Origin: Lewinellaceae bacterium
Lineage (GTDB): Bacteria; Bacteroidota; Bacteroidia; Chitinophagales; Saprospiraceae
Direction: 5' to 3'
DNA: 64,000 nucleotides
NCBI GenBank assembly: GCA_020636105.1
Contig: JACJYL010000002.1
Coordinates: 496,001 to 560,000 of the forward strand
The position numbers were made by a program, and so were the translations under genes. Each line of letters starts with the position of its first letter. The first letter of the stretch is position 1. This document shows, piece after piece, positions 45,709 through 55,887 of the stretch. A model generated the notes under the pieces. The model ran no database searches and was not told the origin of the DNA. It was given only the letters and a program-made list of their open reading frames with translations.

Positions 45709-46131
45709 ATGATGAATGAGCCCATCTCTTCGATTATGACTAAAGACGTGATCACGATTTCACCGGATGCCACGTTTAATGAGGTGAAAAAAATCCTTTT
45801 CACCAATAGGATTCATCATTTACCCGTTGTTGAAAAAACCAAACTGGTAGGTATTATAACCTCTTACGACCTCGTGAAAATAGATGAAGATTTTTCTAAA
45901 ATCCAGGGCAATAGTATCCGCTCTTTTATGACAAAGAAGATCGCCAAACTGGAGCCTGAGGATAAAATTGGTACCGCTGCCGAGGTATTTCTTGAAAATA
46001 TGTTCCACGGGATTCCTATCGTTGACAGCAATAATGTTTTAAAAGGAATTGTCACCACTCATGATGTGCTGATGTTTCTCTTTGACAGAGAGTATCCTGA
46101 TCATAAAATTAACTGGAGGGGCGGCAAATAG
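45709..46131 (+). CDS. CBS domain pair protein
   Basis: Two CBS repeats (IMTKDVITISPD..HHLPVV and FMTKKIAKLEPE..HGIPIV). Confidence 0.85.
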   Translation: MMNEPISSIMTKDVITISPDATFNEVKKILFTNRIHHLPVVEKTKLVGIITSYDLVKIDEDFSKIQGNSIRSFMTKKIAKLEPEDKIGTAAEVFLENMFHGIPIVDSNNVLKGIVTTHDVLMFLFDREYPDHKINWRGGK

Positions 46132-47230
46132 TCGCCGCTTTATACATCAGGTCAGCAGCTTTTTCAGAGGCACCATTTTCACCCAGAATCTTTTTCAGTT
46201 CATGGTAAGATTCGTGAATAAGGGTTGCATTTTTTTTATCCAAAATAAAAGAAAGTTCCTTGCGAAGGTTACTCCTGTTGAATTCCCCCTGAATCAGTTC
46301 TTTCAAAAACGACCGGTTGAGGATGAGATTGACCAAAGAGATATAGGGAACCTTTATCATTGCCCTGATCAAATAATAGGTAATATAACTCCCCCGGTAA
46401 CAGACTACCTGGGGTACATTAAACAAAGCAGTTTCAAGCGTAGCAGTCCCTGAAGTAACAAGGGCTGCCCTGGCTTCAGACAATAAATCATAGGTCTGTG
46501 CGAAAACCACCGATACCGGCCGTTTTCCAATAATTGCCTCATAAATATCCGGGGGTATCGATGGAGCCCCCGCCACCACGAATTGGTGATCGGGAAAATC
46601 CACCACCACCTTAAGCATCTCACTCAAGATAGCATTGATTTCCTGTTTCCTGCTGCCTGGCAGCAACGCGATCACAGGTCGGTCATCCAATTGATTTTTA
46701 ACCCGAAAATCCGGATCCTGTCGATAATTTGAAATGACATCCAACAGGGGATGCCCTACAAAATCAACTTCATAATCATATTTTTTATAAAAATCCTTTT
46801 CAAAAGGCAGAATGACATACATGCGGTTCACATGCTCCCTGATCTCGTGTACCCTTTTTTCTTTCCAGGCCCAAATCTGGGGCGAAATGTAATAAAATAC
46901 GCAGATACCGTGCGATTTAGCCCATTTGGCAATGCGAAGGTTGAACCCCGGATAATCTACCAGGATGATCACATCGGGCTTCCATTGCAGGATATCGGAT
47001 TTGCAAAACTTCATATTCCGCAAAATGGTACGAATATTTTTGGCCACCTCCCAAAAACCCATAAAAGCGAGTTCCCGGAAATGTTTTACCAAGTCCCCTC
47101 CTGCTGCCTGCATAAGATCACCGCCCCAGCATCTGAACTGAGCTTCAGGATCTTTTCGCGTCAGGCTTTTCATGAGATTGGAAGCGTGTAAATCGCCGGA
47201 AGCTTCCCCTGCTATGATGTAATACCGCAT
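46109..47230 (-). CDS. lpxB: Lipid-A-disaccharide synthase
   Basis: MRYYIIAGEASGDLHASNLM N-terminus; 373 aa. Confidence 0.9.
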   Translation of the reverse strand: MRYYIIAGEASGDLHASNLMKSLTRKDPEAQFRCWGGDLMQAAGGDLVKHFRELAFMGFWEVAKNIRTILRNMKFCKSDILQWKPDVIILVDYPGFNLRIAKWAKSHGICVFYYISPQIWAWKEKRVHEIREHVNRMYVILPFEKDFYKKYDYEVDFVGHPLLDVISNYRQDPDFRVKNQLDDRPVIALLPGSRKQEINAILSEMLKVVVDFPDHQFVVAGAPSIPPDIYEAIIGKRPVSVVFAQTYDLLSEARAALVTSGTATLETALFNVPQVVCYRGSYITYYLIRAMIKVPYISLVNLILNRSFLKELIQGEFNRSNLRKELSFILDKKNATLIHESYHELKKILGENGASEKAADLMYKAATICRPSS

Positions 47231-47346
47231 TGTAAATTTTTAATCAAAGGGAACAAGGAAATAAGAACACAAGGACGAAAGGAGCCCATGAACATTTATT
47301 TCCCGAAATCAATGTAGCCTTCATTCAATTTTCCATTGCATCATGC

Positions 47347-47649
47347 CTACCTGAACAGATAATGAGAAAAGTACCACACCCAAAAAATGGCGTATCCAAT
47401 GGTAGGCAAAACCAACCCACGGGTAGCCGTATCGAATTTTCTTTTTTGGAAAATATTCAACGGGATCAGGTTGAGGGCAATGGCCAGAATGCCACTGGTA
47501 CGCTGCCGGAAAAGAGGAGACACATCGCTTGCTCCACCGATCAGGTCTGCAGCTTCCAAAGCGTCAAAAATACTAAGGAAAACTGCATATCCAACGAAAG
47601 GCAATACCAACCCCGTCACCAATCCGAACCAGATCTTATTTTTTATCAT
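47347..47649 (-). CDS. Small membrane protein
   Basis: 100 aa, 3 hydrophobic segments. Abuts the surE stop. Confidence 0.5.
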   Translation of the reverse strand: MIKNKIWFGLVTGLVLPFVGYAVFLSIFDALEAADLIGGASDVSPLFRQRTSGILAIALNLIPLNIFQKRKFDTATRGLVLPTIGYAIFWVWYFSHYLFR

Positions 47650-48413
47650 TATTTATTGTTATTCAAATGCTTCAGTAATTCATAATTAGTCAAATCGTGC
47701 ATGGAAGGTACCACGGAAATAAATCCATCCTCCAAAGCGGCGATATCTGATCCAACTTCCTTATCACGGTGTACAAATTTTCCGGTCATCCAGTAGTATT
47801 TTTGTCCACGAGGGTCAGTAGCTTCCACAAATTCTTCCTCCCAGCGTGCATCGCCCTGCCGGCAATATTTTATTCCTTTTAAATCTTCAGCCGGCAAATT
47901 GGGAATATTGACATTCAACAAGGCCCCTTTACCAAACTTTCCATCCAGGGCATCCTGTATCAGCGTTTTAATAAAAGGTTTTGCCGGATCAAAATTGGCA
48001 TCAAAGCTGTAATCGAGCAAAGAAAATCCAATCGCTGTGGTTCCTTCGAGAGAGGCTTCCATGGCTGCAGAAACGGTTCCTGAGTACAGGATGTTTATCG
48101 AAGCATTGGACCCGTGGTTAATCCCCGAAACGCATAAATCAGGTCTTCTTTTTTTGAGCACAACATCCATGGCCAGTTTTACGCAATCCACAGGCGTACC
48201 CGTACATTCCCATGCTTCAACGTCCGAAAAAACCGACACCTTATGGAGCCGAAGAGGAGTAGAGAGGGTCACAGCATGTCCTTTCCCCGATTGAGGTGAG
48301 TCAGGAGCCACCACCACTACATCTGCCAGTTCCCTTGCGACCTCCACCAAATTGCGTATCCCCGGGGCTGCAATGCCATCATCATTTGTAACCAGTATTA
48401 ATTTACGTCCCAT
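47649..48413 (-). CDS. surE: 5'/3'-nucleotidase SurE
   Basis: ILVTNDDGIAAPGI and GINHGSN motifs. Confidence 0.9.
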   Translation of the reverse strand: MGRKLILVTNDDGIAAPGIRNLVEVARELADVVVVAPDSPQSGKGHAVTLSTPLRLHKVSVFSDVEAWECTGTPVDCVKLAMDVVLKKRRPDLCVSGINHGSNASINILYSGTVSAAMEASLEGTTAIGFSLLDYSFDANFDPAKPFIKTLIQDALDGKFGKGALLNVNIPNLPAEDLKGIKYCRQGDARWEEEFVEATDPRGQKYYWMTGKFVHRDKEVGSDIAALEDGFISVVPSMHDLTNYELLKHLNNNK

Positions 48414-48472
48414 GGTATTTTTTTTTGAAGCAACAAAGTTCTACTTTTGGAGATTAAAATTATAATTATACG

Positions 48473-49480
48473 GTGACATTCGAACAAATAGTTGGCAGCA
48501 TAAAGAAAAAAGAGTACCATCCGGTTTATTTCCTTCACGGAACAGAACCCTATTTCATTGATGTCATTTCCGATTTGATTGAAAAAAGCGTACTCACAGA
48601 AAGCGAGCGCGCCTTCAACCAGGTAATGTTATATGGAAAAGACTCCGATCACCTTGCCGTCATTGACCAGGCGAGACGCTACCCGATGATGTCTCAGTAC
48701 CAGGTGGTCATTATCAAAGAGGCCCAGGAGATGAAGAGCCTCAAGGAATTGCAAAATTATGTGGATCACCCAACGCCCTCTACCCTCCTTGTCATTTGCC
48801 ACAAACACAAAAAGCTGAATATGAGTACGACTTTGGGCAAAAAGCTCAAAGCCAAGGCTGTCGTTTTTGAATCCAGCCCCCTTTATGACAACCAGGTTCC
48901 TGAATGGATTATCAAATACCTCGGCAAAAAAAAGTTAAGCATCTCCGCCCAGGCCGCCGGTATTATCGCCGAATACCTGGGAACCGATCTGTCCAAAATT
49001 GTCAATGAACTGGACAAACTGGCCATAAACCTGGCTCCCGGCAGTGAAGTGACCCTGGCAAATATAGAAACCTATATCGGCATCAGTAAGGATTATAATA
49101 TTTTCGAATTGCAGCGTGCCCTTGCCGAACGTAATGTCTTAAAAGCCAACCGCATCGTCAATTATTTTGCCGACAACCCCAAAAAAGGACCAATGCCCAT
49201 GGTGATCAGCTCGCTTTACACCTTTTTTAGTAAAGTTTATATGCTCCATTTCCTGCGCAACCTGTCCGAACAGGAAGTGCTGCAGGCCTTACAGCTGCGC
49301 TCCGCCTGGTTCCTTAAAGAATTCCGCCTGGCGGCCAGGAATTTCAACCTGATCAAAACAGAACAGGTCATTGATATATTAAAAACGTACGACCTTAAAT
49401 CAAAAGGAGTGGGTTATAACAGTACAGGAAAACCAGAAGGTGATCTGTTGAAAGAAATGATCTGGAAATTATTGCACTGA
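48473..49480 (+). CDS. holA: DNA polymerase III delta subunit
   Basis: 335 aa; PVYFLHGTEPYFID N-terminus typical of HolA; GTG start. Confidence 0.8.
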   Translation: MTFEQIVGSIKKKEYHPVYFLHGTEPYFIDVISDLIEKSVLTESERAFNQVMLYGKDSDHLAVIDQARRYPMMSQYQVVIIKEAQEMKSLKELQNYVDHPTPSTLLVICHKHKKLNMSTTLGKKLKAKAVVFESSPLYDNQVPEWIIKYLGKKKLSISAQAAGIIAEYLGTDLSKIVNELDKLAINLAPGSEVTLANIETYIGISKDYNIFELQRALAERNVLKANRIVNYFADNPKKGPMPMVISSLYTFFSKVYMLHFLRNLSEQEVLQALQLRSAWFLKEFRLAARNFNLIKTEQVIDILKTYDLKSKGVGYNSTGKPEGDLLKEMIWKLLH

Positions 49481-49581
49481 CCCAAAAATATTTTTTTTAA
49501 TTTTAGGCAGGTTTTATAATTTGTACATTTTATATTCGTTCTTTACAGCATATTAAAAAACATCTAATAAATCAAGGATTC

Positions 49582-50268
49582 ATGTTTTTCAAAACAATTT
49601 TGCTTTTCCAGACCGCCGATATCGAGAGAGATATGGCTACTCAAAGCTTTTGGGATACGATCATCCAAAGTGGAGCCATGGGGATTATTATCATGGCGAT
49701 ATTACTATTCCTCTCCATCCTCGGCGTTTACATTTTTGTAGAAAGATACCTGACCATCAAGCGCGCAGCGCGCATTGATCAAAGTTTCATGAACAACATC
49801 CGCGCCAATGTATCTGCCGGAAACATTCAAGGGGCTATTGCCCTTTGCCAGTCGACAGACTCTCCTATCGCACGAATGGTGGAAAAAGGACTCCGACGCA
49901 TTGGAAAACCGCTGCGTGACATTGATGCCGCCATTGAAAATGTGGGCAACCTGGAGGTCTTTAAACTTGAAAAGAACCTTTCCACCCTGGCCAGCGTCGC
50001 CGGGGCTGCCCCGATGATCGGCTTTTTCGGAACGGTTACCGGTATGATCCTCGCCTTTATGAAAATGGCAACAGAACAAAACGTTACCCCAAGTGTACTG
50101 GCCGGAGGGATTTACCAGGCGTTGTTGACCACGGCTTTCGGGCTTTTTGTCGGCATCTTAGCCTTTGTTGGCTATAATATCCTCGTGGCTAATGTCGAAA
50201 AAGTAGTCTTCAAAATGGAACGATCTACCGTTGATTTTATGGATTTACTGCAGGAACCAACGTCCTAG
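49582..50268 (+). CDS. exbB: MotA/TolQ/ExbB proton-channel protein
   Basis: Three TM segments and the conserved AGAAPMIGFFGTVTGMI block. The exact start is uncertain (alternative ATG at 49633). Confidence 0.85.
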   Translation: MFFKTILLFQTADIERDMATQSFWDTIIQSGAMGIIIMAILLFLSILGVYIFVERYLTIKRAARIDQSFMNNIRANVSAGNIQGAIALCQSTDSPIARMVEKGLRRIGKPLRDIDAAIENVGNLEVFKLEKNLSTLASVAGAAPMIGFFGTVTGMILAFMKMATEQNVTPSVLAGGIYQALLTTAFGLFVGILAFVGYNILVANVEKVVFKMERSTVDFMDLLQEPTS

Positions 50269-50395
50269 AATTGGTTTGATGATTTGATATTATGATACTA
50301 CGATATTATGATACTAGGATTCCGGGAGGGTCTGATGTAGTAATCTAAATTTGAAGATTGAGGATTGTTGATTATTTTTTTGAAAAAAAATTACC

Positions 50396-50794
50396 GTGGG
50401 ACTCAAAAAAAGAAATAAAGTAAGTGCCGAATTCAGTATGTCGTCGTTGACGGACATTATTTTCCTGTTGTTGATCTTCTTCATGTTGACTTCAACCCTG
50501 GCCAATACGCCTCCATTCCAACTGCCTCAATCGGACTCCAAAACAGTGGCTCCGACTTCGGTCAATGTGGCCATCAGGACAGACGGAACCTTCATCCTCG
50601 ACAATGTGGAGGTGGATGAACGGGCATTGGAAAAAGTACTGCGGCAAAAGATCCGGATCATGGATAACCAGGAGGGAGTATCCATTACCATCGTGGCAGA
50701 AGTTGGCACCTCCTTTGACCAGGTCGTTAAAGTGATGAAAATCGCGGGAATACTTAAAGTAAAGGCCATTATTGCTACCCAACCAAAAACCTGA
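50396..50794 (+). CDS. exbD: ExbD/TolR biopolymer transport protein (paralog 1)
   Basis: SSLTDIIFLLLIFFMLTS anchor; GTG start. Confidence 0.85.
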   Translation: MGLKKRNKVSAEFSMSSLTDIIFLLLIFFMLTSTLANTPPFQLPQSDSKTVAPTSVNVAIRTDGTFILDNVEVDERALEKVLRQKIRIMDNQEGVSITIVAEVGTSFDQVVKVMKIAGILKVKAIIATQPKT

Positions 50795-50872
50795 TCCGCA
50801 ATAGCTATAGACTAAATACAATAAGTTAAAGTTAAGTTTTTAGGGGATTAAGGATTGAAATTGTTATGAAAA

Positions 50873-51271
50873 ATGGGAATTAAAAAAAGAAATAAAGTTA
50901 GTGCCGCTTTCAGCATGTCCTCTTTGACGGATATCATCTTTTTGTTGCTGATCTTCTTCATGCTGACTTCCTCTCTGGTTGCTCCTAACGGATTAAACCT
51001 GAAATTACCGGGGACTTCCAAAACAAAGGTGGTCACCACTTCCAAAATGGATAAAATCAGGATGATGCGCAACGGCGATTATTATCTCAACGGAAAAAGC
51101 ATTACCCTCGATATGATGGAAAGCGTGCTGGCGAGTAAGGCCCGGAAGGCATCCCCAAAACTGGATGTAATTCTTGCGCCGGACAAAGATACTCCCGTTG
51201 AATACGTAGTGGCGGTTATGGATATCGTTATGCGCCTGAACATCAACGGCATCTATTCCGCGGAAGAATAG
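50873..51271 (+). CDS. exbD: ExbD/TolR biopolymer transport protein (paralog 2)
   Basis: MGIKKRNKVSAAFSMSSLTDIIFLLLIFFMLTS. Confidence 0.85.
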   Translation: MGIKKRNKVSAAFSMSSLTDIIFLLLIFFMLTSSLVAPNGLNLKLPGTSKTKVVTTSKMDKIRMMRNGDYYLNGKSITLDMMESVLASKARKASPKLDVILAPDKDTPVEYVVAVMDIVMRLNINGIYSAEE

Positions 51272-51454
51272 GGATCAAAAAAGGGAAACAACGCATTATC
51301 TACCTGGGCAACCATTTTGATTTACCTTTAACATTTGTTAAAAAAAAATCAAAATATTAAAATGATTTGCCCTTTATGGTTAAAACTATCATAATTGTAT
51401 AGGCAGGCAGGTTACTAACAATAATTTTTACGTTCTTAATGAGAAAATACTCAG

Positions 51455-52378
51455 ATGGATACCATAATCACACCAAAAGAAAAAGAAGATAAGAAACGCG
51501 GGTTACGAACTAGTATCTTTGTACATATTGGTTTGATCCTGCTGGCCCTTTTGCCCCTTACCCGTTATGAGGATCCTCCTCCGGGACAGGAAGGTATTCT
51601 GGTAAATCTTGGCATTCCTGATGTGGGTGAGGGAGACGAAAATGCCGCTGCTGCGTCGGAATCCCAGCAGGAAGAAGCTGTCGTCGAGGAAAATCAGCCG
51701 GATGAGGTACAACCGGAAGAAGTGGTAGAGAAAACCAAGCCTGACCCGGAACCCGTTGAAAAGAAAATTGTCACTACAGAAGATCCTGACGCTATAGCCT
51801 TAAAAAAGAAAAAGGAACAAGACGCCAAAGCCCAGCAGGAAAAAGATGCCGAGGCTAAAAAGAAAGCCCAGGCAGCCGCCGAGGCAAAAGCTAAAGCCGA
51901 CGCCGAGGCAAAAGCCAAAGCTGATGCCGAAGCCAAAGCCAAAGCTGATGCCGAAGCCAAAGCCAAAGCTGAAGCCGACAAGTTAAAAGAAGGCCTGGGC
52001 CTTGGAGGACTCGGAAAAGGCAAGGGCAATACAGGAAAAGACGGCAACCAGGGAGATCCGGGAGGAGATCCTAATTCCGATATTTTAACCGGTGTAAGCA
52101 CCGGATCCGGTACCGTTGGTGGAGGACTTGGCTCAAGAGGACGGGTAAATTCGCCCCCCGTTAAAGAAAATTCCCAGGCGTCAGGTATAGTGGTCCTAAA
52201 CGTATGTGTCGATAGTGAGGGAAACGTAGTCAGTGCTACTTACACTCAAAAAGGCTCTACCACCGGGGACATTAACCTCAAAAATGCCGCGATAAAAAAT
52301 GCCAACCAGTGGAAATTTTCCAAAGGCGGACCTGATAAACAGTGCGGAACGATAACCTATAATTTTAAGGTGCAGTAA
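51455..52378 (+). CDS. TonB-like energy transducer
   Basis: N-terminal TM, a P/E-rich then (AEAKAKAD)n linker, and a C-terminal ~80-aa domain. Sits downstream of exbBDD. Confidence 0.75.
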   Translation: MDTIITPKEKEDKKRGLRTSIFVHIGLILLALLPLTRYEDPPPGQEGILVNLGIPDVGEGDENAAAASESQQEEAVVEENQPDEVQPEEVVEKTKPDPEPVEKKIVTTEDPDAIALKKKKEQDAKAQQEKDAEAKKKAQAAAEAKAKADAEAKAKADAEAKAKADAEAKAKAEADKLKEGLGLGGLGKGKGNTGKDGNQGDPGGDPNSDILTGVSTGSGTVGGGLGSRGRVNSPPVKENSQASGIVVLNVCVDSEGNVVSATYTQKGSTTGDINLKNAAIKNANQWKFSKGGPDKQCGTITYNFKVQ

Positions 52379-52654
52379 AATCTGGCTGCTGGTTACTCGT
52401 TTTTTTTCAATACCTTTTATTTTCCGATTGGATGCGGATAAGCTGCTCAACGCAACTTATCCGCACAGGAAAACCTTTATTTACTCCAAAAATTAGAATT
52501 ATGAAATCCCGGATATATTTTTTTGGACAACTCATGTTAATTCTGCTTTCTGTTTTACCTTTGATCCGTAGTAAAGCCGAGACTCCCGAAAAAAAATTCG
52601 AGGTTTCCGCTTACCAGGCCATTGAAGATAATCAAACTGCAGCGTTTACATTTA

Positions 52655-53953
52655 ATGAAAAATCAGTACGAGCAAACCCTTGAATATTTATTCACCCAAC
52701 TCCCGATGTTCCAACGGATCGGGCCCAAGGCCTTTAAAAAGGATCTGACTAATATCATTAAACTGGCCGAAGCACTCGGGTATCCCCAAGAAAAATTCCC
52801 TTCCATACATATTGCCGGCACCAACGGCAAAGGATCTACCGCCTTCGCACTTTCCGCCATCTTCCAGGCCCACGGGTATAAAACAGGGCTTTATGTTTCT
52901 CCACATTATAAAGATTTCAGGGAACGCATCCGGATAAACGGCCAATATGTTTCCAGGCGTTTTGTAATAGATTTCGTTGCCCAAAACAAATCTTTATTTA
53001 CAACCATCAAACCCTCCTTTTTTGAAATCACCGTAGCCATGGCCTTCGCTTATTTTGCCGCTCAAAAAGTGGATATTGCCATCATAGAAACCGGTCTTGG
53101 CGGTCGGCTGGACTCCACCAATATCCTGCATCCGCTTTTGAGCATCATTACCAATATCAGTTATGATCACCAAAATTTCCTCGGAGAAACGCTTCCGGAA
53201 ATTGCGGGCGAAAAAGCAGGCATCATCAAAAAAAATACCCCGGTAGTCATCGGGGAAACACAACCGGAAACACAACCTGTTTTTGAACGCGTTGCCCGGG
53301 AGAATAATGCGCCCATCTCTTTTGCCGATCAAACCCATAAACTTAAAGAAAAAGAGCAAACCCTGGAATTTACGAATTATGACATCTGGAAAAATGAAAA
53401 ACCGTATTTGAATGATCTGAAAGTAAATATGCACGGCCCTTTCCAACGAAAGAACCTGCTGACTGTTTTGGAAAGCCTCTCCGTTCTTGAACAGTACCAC
53501 CCGCAATATCATTTTACAGAAGATAATGTAAGAACAGGATTGTTTAATCTCAAAAAACTGACCCGTTATATTGGAAGATGGCAGGTGTTGCAGCAAAATC
53601 CGACGATTTTATGTGACAGCGCCCACAATGAAGGCGGCCTCGAAATGACCATCGGACAATTGAAGCAATTAGACTATTCCACCCTGCATTGTGTGCTGGG
53701 ATTTGTCAATGATAAAAATATAGACAAACCTTTGTCCTTTTTCCCGAAAAATGCACGTTATTACTTCGCAAAAGCAGACATCCCCAGGGGGCTGGATGCC
53801 CAATTGCTTCAAAAGACGGCCCTTAACCACCAATTGCATGGAAGAACCTACACTTCTGTTAAAAATGCACTGAGGGCGGCTAAAAGAGCAGCCGATCCGG
53901 ATGATCTTATTTTTGTGGGAGGCAGTGTTTTTACGGTTGCGGAAGTGGTGTAA
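52655..53953 (+). CDS. folC: Folylpolyglutamate synthase/dihydrofolate synthase
   Basis: ATG at 52655. Motifs HIAGTNGKGST, SPHY and ETGLGGRLDSTN. Confidence 0.9.
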   Translation: MKNQYEQTLEYLFTQLPMFQRIGPKAFKKDLTNIIKLAEALGYPQEKFPSIHIAGTNGKGSTAFALSAIFQAHGYKTGLYVSPHYKDFRERIRINGQYVSRRFVIDFVAQNKSLFTTIKPSFFEITVAMAFAYFAAQKVDIAIIETGLGGRLDSTNILHPLLSIITNISYDHQNFLGETLPEIAGEKAGIIKKNTPVVIGETQPETQPVFERVARENNAPISFADQTHKLKEKEQTLEFTNYDIWKNEKPYLNDLKVNMHGPFQRKNLLTVLESLSVLEQYHPQYHFTEDNVRTGLFNLKKLTRYIGRWQVLQQNPTILCDSAHNEGGLEMTIGQLKQLDYSTLHCVLGFVNDKNIDKPLSFFPKNARYYFAKADIPRGLDAQLLQKTALNHQLHGRTYTSVKNALRAAKRAADPDDLIFVGGSVFTVAEVV

Positions 53954-53989
53954 GCCAGGGAAGTTCGTCAGGAAGAAAATAAAAAACTT

Positions 53990-54661
53990 ATGAAAGAATT
54001 AGAAATCCTATTTGAAAACGGTGATTTCATCATCATCAATAAACCTGCCGGGCTGATCACGGAGGTGAATCCCTTTGAACCGGTTAATGTTGAATCCTTA
54101 GTGCTGGATTATATTTCCAAAAGCAAAAGAAAAGCTTTTGTCGGCGTGGTTCACCGGCTGGACCGGGTGACGAGCGGCGTGATGGTCTTCGCCAAAAAGA
54201 AAAGCATTTTAAAGCAAATCAATGCCTCCTTTGAGCACAAGCAGGTACAAAAAAACTATTGGACCATCGTCGGACAAAAACCACCTGAAGCCTCGGGAAC
54301 GCTTAAACATTTTTTAATAAAAGATCAGCAGAATAAACGAGCGGAAATATTCCCTACAAAAAGAAAGGACAGCAAACCCTGTAGCCTGCGTTACAAAATA
54401 ATTGATCAAAAAGATGGATTTTATCTCCTAGAAGTGAGTCCTGAGGGGGGAAAATACCATCAGATCCGGGCACAATTATCCTTCATCGGGTGCCCCATCA
54501 TCGGGGATGAAAAATATGGATCCAAAAAGAAGTACAAACCACTGTCCATCTGTCTTCATGCCAGGACACTCTCTTTCCCGGATCCTTTAAACCCGCAAAA
54601 TAAACTATCCTACACTGCCGATCACCCCATTGACACGCCCTGGAATTTATTTAAGGTGTAG
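53990..54661 (+). CDS. RluA-family pseudouridine synthase
   Basis: VHRLDRVTSGVMVFAK catalytic motif. Confidence 0.85.
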   Translation: MKELEILFENGDFIIINKPAGLITEVNPFEPVNVESLVLDYISKSKRKAFVGVVHRLDRVTSGVMVFAKKKSILKQINASFEHKQVQKNYWTIVGQKPPEASGTLKHFLIKDQQNKRAEIFPTKRKDSKPCSLRYKIIDQKDGFYLLEVSPEGGKYHQIRAQLSFIGCPIIGDEKYGSKKKYKPLSICLHARTLSFPDPLNPQNKLSYTADHPIDTPWNLFKV

Positions 54662-54730
54662 GTTTTTTGCCGTAACATGGAACATCCCGAATTTCATCTA
54701 ATCAGGTAAAATTCGGGATGGTTAATTCCA

Positions 54731-55585
54731 TTACAATTCTTTCCCGTCAATATCCACCTGCTCCCCAATTTCCACTTTTCCTCTATCACTTCGGGAAACC
54801 GTAATACAGGATACTGTGGGGTCATGTTCAAAAAACAAATAATCATCATTGGCCAATGCTTCCGTTAGCAATTGGTCTTTTTCTTTAATGGTTTCCAGTG
54901 GTCTAAGGTCATAACTCATCACATAAGGAGCCCCCAGGTGGCCTGAAGAAGGCAGCAGGTCGGCACAATACACCAGGGTTTTATTTTTTCCTTTCAAAAT
55001 GGGCAGCATCATAGCCTCCGTGTGCCCGTAAACAAACCGAATATCAATACCGGGAATCCATTCGGTATCTTCCTCCGTTACATCTATATATTTCAGCACA
55101 CCGGCCTCCTGCAATGGAACGAAATTTTCTTTGAGGAAGGAGGCACTTTCCCTGGGATTAGGAGTGAACGCCCAGTCGTAATGTTTTTGGTTAGACCAGT
55201 AAGTGGCATGAGGAAAAGTAGGAACCAGGTGATCATTCTCATCCTTTTTCACCGCTCCACCGACATGATCAAAGTGTAAATGGGTGAGCAAAACATCCGT
55301 AATATCTTCGGGAGCAAATCCCTTTTGGTTCAGGCTCCGCAAAAGCGTATGTTCACCATGAGGATGAAAGTGAGAACGGAATTTAGCATCCTGCTTGTCT
55401 CCCATGCCGGTGTCGATCAGGATTTTGCGGTCCCCTGTTTCGACAAGCAAACATCGCAGCGACCAGGTACATAAATTACCCTCATCAGGTGGGTTGATCC
55501 GCTGCCATAATTTTTTGGGTACGACGCCAAACATGGCTCCGCCGTCCAGTTTAAAAAAGCCTGTTTCTATGATATGTACGCGCAT
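54731..55585 (-). CDS. MBL-fold metallo-hydrolase
   Basis: THLHFDHVGG motif; 284 aa. Confidence 0.85.
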   Translation of the reverse strand: MRVHIIETGFFKLDGGAMFGVVPKKLWQRINPPDEGNLCTWSLRCLLVETGDRKILIDTGMGDKQDAKFRSHFHPHGEHTLLRSLNQKGFAPEDITDVLLTHLHFDHVGGAVKKDENDHLVPTFPHATYWSNQKHYDWAFTPNPRESASFLKENFVPLQEAGVLKYIDVTEEDTEWIPGIDIRFVYGHTEAMMLPILKGKNKTLVYCADLLPSSGHLGAPYVMSYDLRPLETIKEKDQLLTEALANDDYLFFEHDPTVSCITVSRSDRGKVEIGEQVDIDGKEL

Positions 55586-55718
55586 GAATTAAGCATTTAA
55601 CCGCCATGGACGCAAAGAAGGCGCGATGTGTACAGAGCAATCTATGCGTACTTACCGGAATTTTTTTAATATATCTTTAAACTCTTGTTTTCGTAATTTC
55701 CTATTCCCTACCGTACAC

Positions 55719-55877
55719 TTTTGTAAAAAGCCCTGGAAAATCATGTTAGGTTCTCGCAGAAAACGCAGATAAACGCAGATGGAATGAAATAACATTCCGT
55801 ACTTTAGTCGGCAAAACAAGACAAAATAACCGAAAATGATCAGCGAAAATCAGCGTGACACAAAAAAGTGTACGGTA
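55719..55877. repeat. MITE-like segment bounded by 14-bp perfect inverted repeats
   Basis: TACCGTACACTTTT (55719-55732) pairs with AAAAGTGTACGGTA (55864-55877). Inside are three CGCAGA copies at 55755, 55764 and 55774 and the hairpin GGAATG-N6-CATTCC. Confidence 0.5.
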
Positions 55878-55887
55878 ACGAAATTTC

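Noticed and set aside
51840-51990. Tandem 24-bp DNA repeats (AEAKAKAD units)
   Set aside because: This is the low-complexity charged linker of the TonB-like protein, a common feature of TonB linkers rather than an independent element.
52432-52683. 83-aa ORF between tonB and folC
   Set aside because: It overlaps the folC start and a 10-bp-stem hairpin (52432-52466). It has a signal-like segment but no support beyond being an open frame, so I left it unannotated.
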